Positions 36,008 to 45,312 of a stretch of DNA of 64,000 nucleotides are shown piece after piece. Source of the DNA: Candidatus Aenigmatarchaeota archaeon (GTDB lineage: Archaea; Aenigmatarchaeota; Aenigmatarchaeia; QMZP01; QMZT01); the NCBI GenBank assembly GCA_041489155.1, contig JBGPQP010000006.1, positions 1,338-65,337 on the forward strand. Direction: 5' to 3'. Below the pieces are notes generated by a model. The model was given only the letters and a program-made list of their open reading frames with translations. It searched no databases and was not told the DNA's origin. The position numbers and the translations under genes were made by a program. Every line of letters starts with the position of its first letter. Position 1 is the stretch's first letter.

Positions 36008-36745
36008 ATGCTTTCGCTTGTCGGTATTGGCCTGTGGGACGAGAAGGACATTCTGGTCAGCGGCATCGAGGCATGCAAGCTTGCTGACAGGGTTTACTGC
36101 GAGCTTTACACAGCTGCTTGGGGAGGCAACCTGAAAAAACTCGGGAAAATAATAGGAAAGGAGATCGAAGTTCTCAAGAGGGAAGACCTCGAGGAGAACT
36201 CGGACAGGCTGATCGAGGAAGCGAAAAGGCAGGATATCGTCATCCTGGTTCCCGGCGACCCGCTGACAGCGACCACGCACATCCACCTTGTGATGGAGTG
36301 CAAGAAAAGGTGCATAGACTTCAAAATCATACACTCGTCGTCCATATACACCGCTGTCGCCAAGACCGGCCTGCAGCTCTACAAGTTCGGCCGCACGACG
36401 ACCATCCCTGCAGCCAGCGGCAAATACGCAGCGACGTCGTTTTTTGACGCGATTGCTGAAAACGCGAAAGCAGGCCTGCATACTCTGGTGCTGTTAGACC
36501 GTGACATGGGCACCAGGCAGGGGCTGAAAATTCTGAAAGACGTCGAACGCAAAAAGAGGAAGAAAATACTGAAATATGCGGTCCTATGCTCAAAGATCGG
36601 ATCAAAGGCTGAAAAAATAGTTTACGGCAAGGTCAGCGACCTGCTGGAAACCGACCTCCCCCCGCCCGCTGTCATAATAATACCCGGCAGGCTGCATTTC
36701 GTAGAGAAGGAATTTCTGGAAACCCTGGACTCATGCAGGCGTTAG
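36008..36745 (+). CDS. dph5: Diphthine synthase
   Basis: MLSLVGIGLWDEKDI..., VILVPGDPLTATTH, tetrapyrrole-methylase fold, 245 aa. Confidence 0.9.
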   Translation: MLSLVGIGLWDEKDILVSGIEACKLADRVYCELYTAAWGGNLKKLGKIIGKEIEVLKREDLEENSDRLIEEAKRQDIVILVPGDPLTATTHIHLVMECKKRCIDFKIIHSSSIYTAVAKTGLQLYKFGRTTTIPAASGKYAATSFFDAIAENAKAGLHTLVLLDRDMGTRQGLKILKDVERKKRKKILKYAVLCSKIGSKAEKIVYGKVSDLLETDLPPPAVIIIPGRLHFVEKEFLETLDSCRR

Positions 36746-36771
36746 CTGCCGTAAAACGGAAAAGCTGCGCC

Positions 36772-36999
36772 TCAACTGACTTCCCTGTACAGGCCGATGT
36801 CCACCACGAAGATGATTATGCCAACTACCACCAGGGTCGCGATGAAGAGCACTATGGTTATGAGTGGGTGGAGATTGAAGAATGAATAGACCACCAGGTA
36901 TACGAGCAGCAGAATGGCAACGATGCAGAGTATTGTGATCAGCAACTTCAGCTTTCTGCTGAACTCCTTCACATGGACTTCGTCGGGCTTGAACGCCAT
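36772..36999 (-). CDS. 75-aa two-TM membrane protein
   Basis: ATG 36999 and two long hydrophobic helices. The upstream leader region carries the repeated hairpins. Confidence 0.55.
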   Translation of the reverse strand: MAFKPDEVHVKEFSRKLKLLITILCIVAILLLVYLVVYSFFNLHPLITIVLFIATLVVVGIIIFVVDIGLYREVS

Positions 37000-37019
37000 A
37001 TATATCGCTTTTTTCTGCT

Positions 37020-37042
37020 TAGGCTCTTTCCTAAAGAGCTTA
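37020..37042. repeat. Palindromic hairpin element, copy B (taggctcttt-cct-aaagagctta)
   Basis: 10-bp arms with one mismatch. Together with its flanks (37011-37060) it is near-identical to the anticodon-arm/intron junction of tRNA-Thr (27325-27385). Confidence 0.8.
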
Positions 37043-37084
37043 TTGGAAGCAAATGCAGCGGAGCGGAGTGAAGCTCCTTTCTGA

Positions 37085-37111
37085 TTAAGCTCTTTCCTGA
37101 AAAGAGCTTAA
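37085..37111. repeat. Palindromic hairpin element, copy C (ttaagctcttt-cctga-aaagagcttaa)
   Basis: 11-bp perfect arms, the same arm sequence as copy B and as the tRNA-Thr intron hairpin (27354-27376). Confidence 0.8.
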
Positions 37112-37185
37112 GCTTATTATATATTTAAATTAGTTTAACATAAATAATTGTCATCTCAACGTATGTCAAACTATATAAATTAGAA

Positions 37186-38010
37186 ATGTCAAAGAGGCTG
37201 TATATGCATTCGCTACCTGTATTTGATCTGGAGGGGAATGAAAAGGAGAAGATTACGTTACCCGCCAGTTTCTCGGAAAGGGTCAGGCAGGACATAATAC
37301 AGAAGGCGGTTGTCGCCGAGCAGAGCAAGCTCAGGCAGCCTTACGGAACAGACCCGCTTGCGGGCCACAGGACTTCCGCCCATTACTGGGGCCTGAGAGG
37401 CGCAAGGGATTCGCAAATGAACAGGGAAATGGCGAGGATGAAGAGGATCCACAATCAAGGCAACCTGAACATGACTGCGAGGTTCAACCCGCGAACCGTG
37501 AAAGGGCGAAGGACGCATCCGCCGAAGGTCGAAAAGATATGGGCGCTCAAAATCAACAAGAAAGAACACATCAAGGCGCTTAAAGCCGCGCTGGCCGCGA
37601 CGCTTGCAAAAGATCTTGTTGTAAAAAGGGGCCATTATATTGACGATGTGAAGCATGTCCCTCTCGTTCTCGAGGATGATTTCCAGAAGATAAGCAGGAC
37701 TTCTGAAGCGATAAAGATTCTCGAGAAGTTTGGCTTCGCGAAGGAAATCGAGAGATGCAAGGAGAAGAAGGTCCGCGCGGGCAGGGGCAAGATGAGGGGA
37801 AGGAGATACAAAACGAAGAAAGGGCCCATTGTTGTGATAGCGAAGGATGAGGGCATACGCAAGGCCATAGAGAACCTGCTGGGTTTTGATGTTTATCTCG
37901 CAAAAGAACTCAATGTCAGTTCGCTGGCGCCGGGCACGCAGCCGGGAAGGCTGGCGATATTCACCAAGTCAGCGATAAAGGAGCTGGGTTTCGATGGAAA
38001 AGCAAAGTAA
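37186..38010 (+). CDS. rpl4: Ribosomal protein uL4
   Basis: 274 aa, typical archaeal L4 sequence. First gene of the cluster; no uL3 upstream. Confidence 0.9.
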   Translation: MSKRLYMHSLPVFDLEGNEKEKITLPASFSERVRQDIIQKAVVAEQSKLRQPYGTDPLAGHRTSAHYWGLRGARDSQMNREMARMKRIHNQGNLNMTARFNPRTVKGRRTHPPKVEKIWALKINKKEHIKALKAALAATLAKDLVVKRGHYIDDVKHVPLVLEDDFQKISRTSEAIKILEKFGFAKEIERCKEKKVRAGRGKMRGRRYKTKKGPIVVIAKDEGIRKAIENLLGFDVYLAKELNVSSLAPGTQPGRLAIFTKSAIKELGFDGKAK

Positions 38011-38326
38011 GGGTAACGCTGTTAAAGCTGCTCCGGCAGCGAAGGAAGCGAAAGCCAGGGAGGAGAAGAGCGCCTGGGACGTCCTCGTTTACCCGCACCT
38101 TACCGAAAAGTCGATGAACATGGTCGAGCTGGAAAACAAGCTCGTTTTCATAGTCAGAAAGAAGGCGAACAAAGGGGAGATCAAAGAAGCGATTGAAAAG
38201 GAATTTGAAGTGAAGGTCGAATGGGTAAAGACGGAGATAACGACCCGCGGCCAGAAAAAGGCGTATGTGAAGATAAGCCCGGAGTTCTCGGCGGCGGACA
38301 TCGCCTCGAAACTCGGGATGATATAA
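37994..38326 (+). CDS. rpl23: Ribosomal protein uL23 with a K/A-rich N-terminal extension
   Basis: WDVLVYPHLTEKSMNMVE.ENKLVFIV...A.K.EIK.AIEKEFEVKV..V.T. Confidence 0.9.
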   Translation: MEKQSKGNAVKAAPAAKEAKAREEKSAWDVLVYPHLTEKSMNMVELENKLVFIVRKKANKGEIKEAIEKEFEVKVEWVKTEITTRGQKKAYVKISPEFSAADIASKLGMI

Positions 38327-38347
38327 AACTGATATCATGGTGATGCG

Positions 38348-39019
38348 ATGGGAAAAAGGATAAGGGCGCAAAGGGTCGGGAAGGGAAGCAATGCTTACCG
38401 CGTCCCGCCAAGAGGAAGGATGCTTTTTGTCACTTACAAGAACGTCGATGGCGACGTGGTTGACATAGTAGACGACCCGGGGAGGAATGCGCCGCTTGCC
38501 AAGGTGAAATACTCGGACGGAACGATAAGCTATCTTATAGCTCCGAACGGAGTAAAGGTCGGGGACAAGAGCGATTTTGTCGTACCCCTTTCGAACATCC
38601 CGGTCGGCGCCGAGATTTTCGGCATAGAGATTTACCCCCATTCCGGCCCCAAGATGTGCAACACTCCTGGTTCTTTCGCAATCCTTGTTTCAAAAACAAA
38701 GGACAACTGCGTCGTCCAGCTCCCTTCGAAAAAAACGAAGGAGGTCAACCAGCAGTGCAGGGCAAGCCTCGGCAGGCCGGCTGGCGATGGTCTCAGGGAA
38801 AAACCGTGGATGAAGGCAGGCAAGAGATTTTACGCCATGCGCAGGAGAGGCAAGATATACCCGAGAACCTCCGGCGTGGCGATGAACGCGGTCTGCCACC
38901 CGTTCGGCGGCCCGACAAAGCCCGGCACGCCCAAGACCGTGAGCAGGCATGCACCGCCTGGCGCGAAGGTAGGCGCATGGGGTGCCAGAAGAACCGGCAG
39001 GAGGAGAGGCAAGACATAA
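38348..39019 (+). CDS. rpl2: Ribosomal protein uL2
   Basis: MGKRIRAQRVGKGS..., ...GVAMNAVCHPFGG. Confidence 0.92.
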   Translation: MGKRIRAQRVGKGSNAYRVPPRGRMLFVTYKNVDGDVVDIVDDPGRNAPLAKVKYSDGTISYLIAPNGVKVGDKSDFVVPLSNIPVGAEIFGIEIYPHSGPKMCNTPGSFAILVSKTKDNCVVQLPSKKTKEVNQQCRASLGRPAGDGLREKPWMKAGKRFYAMRRRGKIYPRTSGVAMNAVCHPFGGPTKPGTPKTVSRHAPPGAKVGAWGARRTGRRRGKT

Positions 39020-39049
39020 AAATAGGGGAAACAAGCTAATGGTGATTAA

Positions 39050-39430
39050 ATGGCGAAGTTCGAGTTCCGCGGGAAAAGCATCGAGGAAATAAAGGCCATG
39101 AACCTAGAGGAATTCAGCCTTATGATTCCCTCGCGTCAGAGGAGAAGCCTTAAGCGCGGCCTCCCGGAAAAGCAGAAGAAGCTGCTGGAGAAGATAAGGA
39201 AGAACCCGAAGAAATACCACCGCACGCACTCGAGGGAGATGGTCATACTGCCCGAGATGGTTGGCGTCAAAATAGGCGTTTACAACGGTAAGGAATACCT
39301 GGCGCTTGAAATCAAGCCGGAGATGCTCGGCCACAGGCTCGGCGAATTCGTGCTCACCAGGAAGAATGTGAAACATTCCGCCCCTGGTTTCGGCGCAACC
39401 AGATCTTCGAAGTTCGTGCCATTGAAGTGA
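39050..39430 (+). CDS. rps19: Ribosomal protein uS19
   Basis: RRSLKRG...[21 protein letters not shown]...GHRLGEF..TR. Confidence 0.92.
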   Translation: MAKFEFRGKSIEEIKAMNLEEFSLMIPSRQRRSLKRGLPEKQKKLLEKIRKNPKKYHRTHSREMVILPEMVGVKIGVYNGKEYLALEIKPEMLGHRLGEFVLTRKNVKHSAPGFGATRSSKFVPLK

Positions 39431-39819
39431 TGTCTATGCCCAAATACGCCCTTAACCTTGACCAGAAAAAATCTGCAAAAGCATATGGCAGGTCTCTTAA
39501 CATATCCACCAAGAGCTCTGTCCTTATGTGCAGGAAGGTTTCAGGCATGAACGTGCAGAAAGCGAAGCAGCTGCTCGAAGGCATGACCGAGGGCAAGAGG
39601 GACGTAGACGGCAAGTATTATTCCAACGTTTCGAGTGAGATGCTGAGGCTGCTGAAAGCCGCGGAAGCCAACGCCGAGTTCAAGGGCCTCGACACCAGCA
39701 GGCTCGTTGTTTTCGCCTCGGCCCACAAAGGCTTCACGTTTTTCCGGCCGAGGAGAACCAAGCTGAAGAGGACGCAGAGGAAAATCACGAACCTGCAGAT
39801 AGTGCTGCAGCAGAAATGA
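39430..39819 (+). CDS. rpl22: Ribosomal protein uL22
   Basis: ATG 39430 overlaps the rps19 stop; the track start is GTG 39427. A.AYGRSLNISTK.S..... pattern. Confidence 0.88.
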   Translation: MSMPKYALNLDQKKSAKAYGRSLNISTKSSVLMCRKVSGMNVQKAKQLLEGMTEGKRDVDGKYYSNVSSEMLRLLKAAEANAEFKGLDTSRLVVFASAHKGFTFFRPRRTKLKRTQRKITNLQIVLQQK

Positions 39820-39832
39820 TGCGGAGGAAATT

Positions 39833-40489
39833 ATGTTGCTCAAAAAATTCTTCGTTGACTATTCCGTAAGGAAGATGAAGATAGAGGACTTCGTAAAGAA
39901 GTACTTCCCTGACGAGAGCTATTCCAGGGTCGACCTGGAAAGGACGCCGCTTGGCGTCAAGGTCGTGATATACACGGACAAACCAGGGAGAATAATCGGA
40001 GCGGGCGGGAGAAAGATAAACGAGATGACCGACAGGCTGAAGATGGAATTCAAGCTTGAGAACCCGCAGGTCGACGTGAAGTCGATAGACCATCCGGACC
40101 TAGACCCCAAGATAATGGCCAAGAGGATAAAGGCCGCACTGGAGAAGGGCTACAATTACAAGAAGATAGGCAACATCATGATGAAGAGGATCATGGACGC
40201 AGGAGCGGTCGGAGTCGAAATCGTTATAGCCGGCAAGCTCGGCGGCTCAAAGGGGAGGACGGGCAAGTTCATACAAGGTTACATGAAGCACTGCGGGCAG
40301 CCCGCGAAGGAGCTCGTTGACTACGGCTTCGAGGAGGCCGAAACAAAGCCTGGCAAGATAGGCATAAAGGTGAAGATAATGAAGTCCGTCCCGGTAATAG
40401 CGTACGACAAGCCGGTGGTTGAAGCGGCTGAAACCAAGGAAAAGGGGGAAAAGGTTAAAAGCAGGGAAACCAAGAATAAAGAGGAATAG
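39833..40489 (+). CDS. rps3: Ribosomal protein uS3
   Basis: KH domain IGAGGRKINEMT; 218 aa. Confidence 0.92.
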   Translation: MLLKKFFVDYSVRKMKIEDFVKKYFPDESYSRVDLERTPLGVKVVIYTDKPGRIIGAGGRKINEMTDRLKMEFKLENPQVDVKSIDHPDLDPKIMAKRIKAALEKGYNYKKIGNIMMKRIMDAGAVGVEIVIAGKLGGSKGRTGKFIQGYMKHCGQPAKELVDYGFEEAETKPGKIGIKVKIMKSVPVIAYDKPVVEAAETKEKGEKVKSRETKNKEE

Positions 40490-40498
40490 GTTCTGATT

Positions 40499-40702
40499 AT
40501 GGCGATTCTCAGGTCAAAAGACATAAGGAAAATGGACGACAAGGAGCTCGAAAAGCAGATAAGAGACCTGAATCTTGAGCTTGCCAAGGAAAGGGCGAAC
40601 ATACACATCGGGGCTTCTGTGACTTCTCCTGGCAGAATCAAAGAGGTCAGAAGGACCATAGCCAGGATAAAGACCATTAAAAACGAGAAAAGGAAAAAAT
40701 GA
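40499..40702 (+). CDS. rpl29: Ribosomal protein uL29
   Basis: 67 aa. LR....EL..QI.DLN.EL pattern. Confidence 0.88.
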   Translation: MAILRSKDIRKMDDKELEKQIRDLNLELAKERANIHIGASVTSPGRIKEVRRTIARIKTIKNEKRKK

Positions 40703-40790
40703 AAGCGGATACGCAATATTCGCAAGGGTCTGGAAATGCTGTTTTTTCACGAGGCATAGTGTTTCAAATAGAGGAGGTTGGAATCAGGGG

Positions 40791-41096
40791 ATGACTGAAA
40801 TCTGCCCTAACTGCGGCCTTCCGAATGACATCTGCGCCTGCGAAACCATCGCCAAAGAGGAGCAGAAGGTGCGGGTGAGTTCGATAAAGAAGAGGTTCGG
40901 CAAGACCGTGACGCTGATAGAAGGCATAAGCAACGACGTTGACATAAAAAACGTTGTGAAAGAGCTCAAGACGAAGCTTGCCTGCGGCGGCACCATGAAG
41001 GACGGCATAATCGAACTGCAGGGAGACCACAGGAAGAAGATAAGGGACATTCTTGTGAAAATAGGCTTCCCGGGCGAGAAAATCGAGGTTTCCTAA
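40791..41096 (+). CDS. Translation initiation factor aIF1 (SUI1)
   Basis: N-terminal zinc knuckle CPNCG...CAC; TLIEGI...LK.LKTKLACGGT. Confidence 0.88.
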   Translation: MTEICPNCGLPNDICACETIAKEEQKVRVSSIKKRFGKTVTLIEGISNDVDIKNVVKELKTKLACGGTMKDGIIELQGDHRKKIRDILVKIGFPGEKIEVS

Positions 41097-41156
41097 ATCC
41101 GGAAACCGCATCCGGGGATAGCGAGATTTTTACAATCTTGAGTTTCCATATTCTTT

Positions 41157-41435
41157 ATGAGAACCCCAGAAAACCTCGTCAGGCACGAACTGATCGGCCT
41201 GAAAGCGAAGGTCGTGGAGAGCTCCAACCCGAAAAACATCGGCGTCGCGGGCAGGGTCGTTGACGAGACCAGGAACATGCTAATCATAGAAAAAGCGGAT
41301 GGCAAAGAGGCAAGGCTCGTCAAGGAGCAGAACGTTTTTTCTTTCGAACTGGGCCAGACGAGGGTCAGGGTGGACGGGAAAATCCTCGTGGCAAGGCCCG
41401 AGGACAGGATAAAGAAGAAGTTCAAGAGATGGTAA
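41157..41435 (+). CDS. rnp1: RNase P protein component 1 (Rpp29/Pop4)
   Basis: LIGLKAKVVESSNP..IG..G.VVDETRNML.I; 92 aa; usual position between L29/SUI1 and S17. Confidence 0.85.
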   Translation: MRTPENLVRHELIGLKAKVVESSNPKNIGVAGRVVDETRNMLIIEKADGKEARLVKEQNVFSFELGQTRVRVDGKILVARPEDRIKKKFKRW

Positions 41436-41544
41436 TAGCGAAATTACACTTTTATAAATATTGTTATTAGTATTATCTCCATACTACCTCTCCATATATA
41501 TTTAAATAATAGATTCATCAATTATTGGATTACAGGCGAAGATT

Positions 41545-41895
41545 ATGAAAGCTGCAAAAGCGAAGGCGAAGGACATTGGCCTGGGTTTGCCCGAGCCGAA
41601 GGAAGCCTGCTCTGACCATAAGTGCGCGTGGCACGGCAAGCTGCCGGTGCGCGGCAGGGTCTTCAGAGGCACGGTGAAATCGGCGAAGTCGAAAAATACC
41701 GTAATTGTCGAATGGGGCTATCACAGGTTCATAAACAAGTACGAAAGGTTCGAGAGGCGCAAGTCCCGCATCGTGGCGCACAATCCTCCCTGCATGAAGG
41801 CGAAGGAAGGCGACAAGGTTACCATCGCCGAAACCAGACCGCTTTCAAAGACGAAGCATTTTGTCGTGGTTAATGTTGAGAGGGGAATGAAATGA
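41545..41895 (+). CDS. rps17: Ribosomal protein uS17
   Basis: G.V.S.K..NT..V.....H....Y.R.E.R.S...AHNP.C...K.GD.V.I.E.RPLSKTK. Confidence 0.9.
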   Translation: MKAAKAKAKDIGLGLPEPKEACSDHKCAWHGKLPVRGRVFRGTVKSAKSKNTVIVEWGYHRFINKYERFERRKSRIVAHNPPCMKAKEGDKVTIAETRPLSKTKHFVVVNVERGMK

Positions 41896-42290
41896 GAGGC
41901 TTATCCTCAAAGATCACGTATGGCTTGATGACCAAGTCCCAGCTCAGGTGCGCAGACAACAGCGGGGCAAAGATACTCGAGATAATAGCGGTCATGGGCG
42001 CAAAAGGAAGGAAAAGGATGCTCCCGAAAGCGGGAGTGGGAAGCCTTGTCTCCTGCCGCGTGTACAGCGGCGAGGAGAAGGTAAGGCACCAAGTCTTCCG
42101 CGCTGTCATAATAAGGCAGAAAAGGGAGTTTCGAAGGGTCGACGGCATCAGAATCCAGTTCGAAGACAACGCAGCCGTCATAGTCGACGAGAAAGGCGAC
42201 CCCAAGGGGACGCAGATAAAAGGGCCTGTCGCGAAGGAGGCAGTCGAGAGGTTCCCGACTGTCGGCAAAATCGCAACGATAGTGGTATGA
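41892..42290 (+). CDS. rpl14: Ribosomal protein uL14
   Basis: L.CADNSGAK.LEII...G; 132 aa. Confidence 0.92.
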   Translation: MRGLSSKITYGLMTKSQLRCADNSGAKILEIIAVMGAKGRKRMLPKAGVGSLVSCRVYSGEEKVRHQVFRAVIIRQKREFRRVDGIRIQFEDNAAVIVDEKGDPKGTQIKGPVAKEAVERFPTVGKIATIVV

Positions 42291-42291
42291 T

Positions 42292-42735
42292 ATGAAAACA
42301 TGGTCAAAAAAATGGGTTTCAAGCTCGCAACCCCGCAAGCAGAGGAAATACAGGTACAATGCTCCAATGCATGTGAGGCAGAAATTCGTTTCAGCCCACC
42401 TTGCCGAAGCCCTGAGGAACAGATTCGGCAAACGCTCGCTTTCTTTGAGAAAGGGCGATGAGGTCAAGGTAATGCGCGGCCACAAAAGGGGCTACAGGGG
42501 AAAGATTGACCACGTTGACCTTAAAAAAAGCAAAGTATACATAGAAGGTTATAATTTCAAAAAGGTCGACGGCTCTGAAATCATGAAATCTATCCATCCG
42601 TCTAACCTTATCATTATCGAGCCCAAGATGGACGACAAGAGAAGGCAGATGATTATAGAAAGGTCGAGGGGCTCGAGAAAGAGCGAAAAGGCAGAGAAAA
42701 CGCAGGCAGAAACCAAGGAGAAGAAAGGTGAATGA
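42292..42735 (+). CDS. rpl24: Ribosomal protein uL24 with a basic/acidic C-terminal extension
   Basis: KOW motif LRKGDEVKVMRGHKRG..GKI. Confidence 0.9.
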   Translation: MKTWSKKWVSSSQPRKQRKYRYNAPMHVRQKFVSAHLAEALRNRFGKRSLSLRKGDEVKVMRGHKRGYRGKIDHVDLKKSKVYIEGYNFKKVDGSEIMKSIHPSNLIIIEPKMDDKRRQMIIERSRGSRKSEKAEKTQAETKEKKGE

Positions 42736-43415
42736 TCATGCACGTAAAGCGTTACACGATACCCAAATACTGGAAGGTGAAGAAGAAGGCAAACAAATTC
42801 GTGGTGGCTCCGAGACCAGGACCTCACAAAAAATACGAGTCCATCCCTCTTCTCGTCGTTCTCAGGGACGTTTTGAAGGTATGCGCCGATGCAGGCGAAG
42901 CGAGAAGCGTAATCAAGAAAGGCGAAATTCTTGTTGATAAAAGGGCAAGGAAGGACACGAACTATCCCGTCGGCTTCATGGACGTCATCGAGATACAGAA
43001 GATGCACAAGTTCTACAGGGTCATTGTAGACAAGCACGGCCTTGCGCTTCATGAGATAAAAAACGAAGAAGCAGGCAAGAAGCTGTGCAGGATACAGCAA
43101 AAAAGAAAGGTGAAGGGAGGCATGATACAGCTCAACCTTCATGACGGCAGGAACGTTCTGACGGACAAGAATGATTACAGGCCGAATGACTCGGTGCTCA
43201 TCGAGCTTCCGGACCAGAAAATACTGCAGCACTTCAGTTTCGACAAGGATGTACCTGCAATCATAATCGCAGGCAAAAACATCGGGGTACACGGCAAGGT
43301 GAAGGAAATATTCCAGAGGAAGACCATGCTTGAAAGCAGCAGGGTCATTCTGCAGACCAAGGACGGAGACATAGAAACCGTAAAGGAATACGTGCTGGTC
43401 GGTGAAATCAAATGA
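42732..43415 (+). CDS. rps4e: Ribosomal protein eS4
   Basis: HVKRYTIPKYWKV...KFVV.PRPGPH; 227 aa. Confidence 0.9.
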   Translation: MIMHVKRYTIPKYWKVKKKANKFVVAPRPGPHKKYESIPLLVVLRDVLKVCADAGEARSVIKKGEILVDKRARKDTNYPVGFMDVIEIQKMHKFYRVIVDKHGLALHEIKNEEAGKKLCRIQQKRKVKGGMIQLNLHDGRNVLTDKNDYRPNDSVLIELPDQKILQHFSFDKDVPAIIIAGKNIGVHGKVKEIFQRKTMLESSRVILQTKDGDIETVKEYVLVGEIK

Positions 43416-43921
43416 ATCCCATGAGAGAGATACGCCTTGAGAAGGTTACCATCAACATAGGTGCAGGAGAAGCAGGGCCCAAACTCGAAATGGCCAAGAA
43501 GCTGCTTGAAAAACTGAGCGGCACGAAGGTCGTTGTTACTTCGACCCGCAAGCGCTCGACCTTCGGCGTCGCCAAGAACAGGCCGATCGGCGTGAAGGTA
43601 ACGCTGCGCGGCGAGAAGGCGAAGACGTTTCTCGCCAGCGCGCTGAAAGCGAACGAGAACAGGCTGAAGCCGAACCAGTTCGACAGCAGCGGCAATTTCT
43701 CGCTGGGCATAAGGGAATACATAGACCTGCCCGGGATTAAATACGACCCGGAGATAGGGATAATGGGCATGGATGTCTGCGTAACGCTCATAAGGCCGGG
43801 CTACAGCATAAGCCGGAAGAAAATAAGGCCGAAAAGCATAGGCAAGGCCCACAGGATAACGGCGGAGGAAGCGAAAGAGTGGGTGCAGAAGGAATTCAGC
43901 GTAAGGATTGCTGAAGAATGA
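43412..43921 (+). CDS. rpl5: Ribosomal protein uL5
   Basis: [16 protein letters not shown]...; 169 aa. Confidence 0.92.
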   Translation: MNPMREIRLEKVTINIGAGEAGPKLEMAKKLLEKLSGTKVVVTSTRKRSTFGVAKNRPIGVKVTLRGEKAKTFLASALKANENRLKPNQFDSSGNFSLGIREYIDLPGIKYDPEIGIMGMDVCVTLIRPGYSISRKKIRPKSIGKAHRITAEEAKEWVQKEFSVRIAEE

Positions 43922-43937
43922 GCGAAAGGTGTTGAAC

Positions 43938-44159
43938 ATGAGTTTCGAAAATGCCAAAAAGCAGATTGAAGGCAAACCGATAAAATTAGCAAGATTCATG
44001 AAGTTCAACAAAGCGAAGGGCAGAAAATTCGGGCGGGGAGCGAAGCCATGCAGGAGATGCGGCAAAACCGAGGGAGTGATACACAAATACGGCCTCTGCT
44101 ACTGCAGGCAGTGCTTCAGGGAAGTGGCGAGGGAACTGGGCTTTGAAAAATATGAATGA
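43938..44159 (+). CDS. rps14: Ribosomal protein uS14 (zinc type)
   Basis: ATG 43938 with AAAGGUG 6 nt upstream; the track start is TTG 43908. CRRCG...CRQCFRE. Confidence 0.85.
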   Translation: MSFENAKKQIEGKPIKLARFMKFNKAKGRKFGRGAKPCRRCGKTEGVIHKYGLCYCRQCFREVARELGFEKYE

Positions 44160-44557
44160 GGTTTATGTTTATGAAACACGACAATCTATCCGACATGTTC
44201 ACGGTAATAAAAAACTCCGAGCAGAACGGCGGTAAGGAATGCGTGGTTCCTAGCTCGAGCATAATAAAGGAAGTGCTCAAAATCATGCAGAAGAACAAAT
44301 ACATAGGCTCGTTCGAGTTCATAGACGACGGCAGGAGCGGGAAGTTCAAGGTGGAACTGCTCGGCAGGATAAACAACTGCGGGCCGATAAGGCCGAGGAC
44401 GTACATCACAAAAGACGAATTCATCAGGTGGGAGAAAAGATTCCTGCCTTCTGTTAACGTGGGAATCCTGTTCATAACGACGCCGAAAGGCATAACCGAC
44501 CACAGAAACGCCAAGAAAGAGAAGACCGGGGGCGCTTTGCTCGGCTACATATATTAG
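44156..44557 (+). CDS. rps8: Ribosomal protein uS8
   Basis: [13 protein letters not shown]...; C-terminal GG.LLGYIY. Confidence 0.9.
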   Translation: MRFMFMKHDNLSDMFTVIKNSEQNGGKECVVPSSSIIKEVLKIMQKNKYIGSFEFIDDGRSGKFKVELLGRINNCGPIRPRTYITKDEFIRWEKRFLPSVNVGILFITTPKGITDHRNAKKEKTGGALLGYIY

Positions 44558-44565
44558 GTGGAAAC

Positions 44566-44829
44566 ATGACGCTGGAAAATGAAATCAAAGACGCCATGAA
44601 GGATAAGAAACTGGTGATGGGCAGCAACAGGATTTTCGGCGGCATCAAGCAGGAAGCAATAAAATACGTCATATGCTCAAGCAACTGCAGGGAGGATGCG
44701 CTTAACGACCTTAACTATTACAGCAGGAACTTCGGCATCGAGATAAAGAAGTTCGCTGGCAACTCGAGGCAGCTCGGAGAAATATGCGGAAAACCTTTCA
44801 ACATCATGCTGCTGGGCGTAAAGAAATAA
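44566..44829 (+). CDS. rpl30e: Ribosomal protein eL30
   Basis: 87 aa, L7Ae/L30e fold pattern (K.KKLVMGSN......K....KYVI.SSNC....). Followed by NusA-S12-S7-EF2, as in the archaeal str-like operon. Confidence 0.8.
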   Translation: MTLENEIKDAMKDKKLVMGSNRIFGGIKQEAIKYVICSSNCREDALNDLNYYSRNFGIEIKKFAGNSRQLGEICGKPFNIMLLGVKK

Positions 44830-44839
44830 GCTGGTATGG

Positions 44840-45244
44840 ATGACCATAAAGCTGACGACCGAACATGTGCGCCTCGTCGGGACGTTCGAAAGAATCGCCG
44901 GCGTCCACGTGAAGGACTGCGTTATGGACGAGGACACGGTTTACTTCCTGATCGAACCCGGGAGGATGGGCAGGGCGATAGGAAGGGACGGCAGCAACAT
45001 CCGCAGCGTCTCGAATGCGCTCGGCAAGAAGGTAAAGGTATTCGAATACGCGGACACGCCTGAAAAACTTGTCCGCAACATAGTACCGACCATAAACTCG
45101 TTCGAGATGAGCAACGAGGCCATAACGATCTCGGTGCCTGTGTCCGACAGGTCGATTGTCATAGGCAAGAACGGCAAGAACATAAAAATGATGAGGCAGT
45201 TCCTCGACAGGCACTTCAATATCAAGAATTTAAGGCTGAAATAG
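44840..45244 (+). CDS. nusA: Archaeal NusA-like protein (two KH domains)
   Basis: GRAIGRDGSNIRSV and IVIGKNGKNIKMM GxxG KH motifs; 134 aa. Confidence 0.88.
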   Translation: MTIKLTTEHVRLVGTFERIAGVHVKDCVMDEDTVYFLIEPGRMGRAIGRDGSNIRSVSNALGKKVKVFEYADTPEKLVRNIVPTINSFEMSNEAITISVPVSDRSIVIGKNGKNIKMMRQFLDRHFNIKNLRLK

Positions 45245-45312
45245 TATAAAATGATAATCCGGCAGCCTATGTCATTAATAGGCTGTCTTGCGAAATAAGG
45301 ACTGTGTTGACC

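Noticed and set aside
37011-37075. Possible tRNA-Trp(CCA) gene or split-tRNA half (minus strand: UUUGC-UUCCAA followed by an intron-like hairpin)
   Set aside because: No acceptor stem, D arm with GG, or T arm could be found on either side, even allowing introns. The downstream sequence is the start of a credible membrane-protein CDS. It is kept only as a tRNA-fragment-like repeat.
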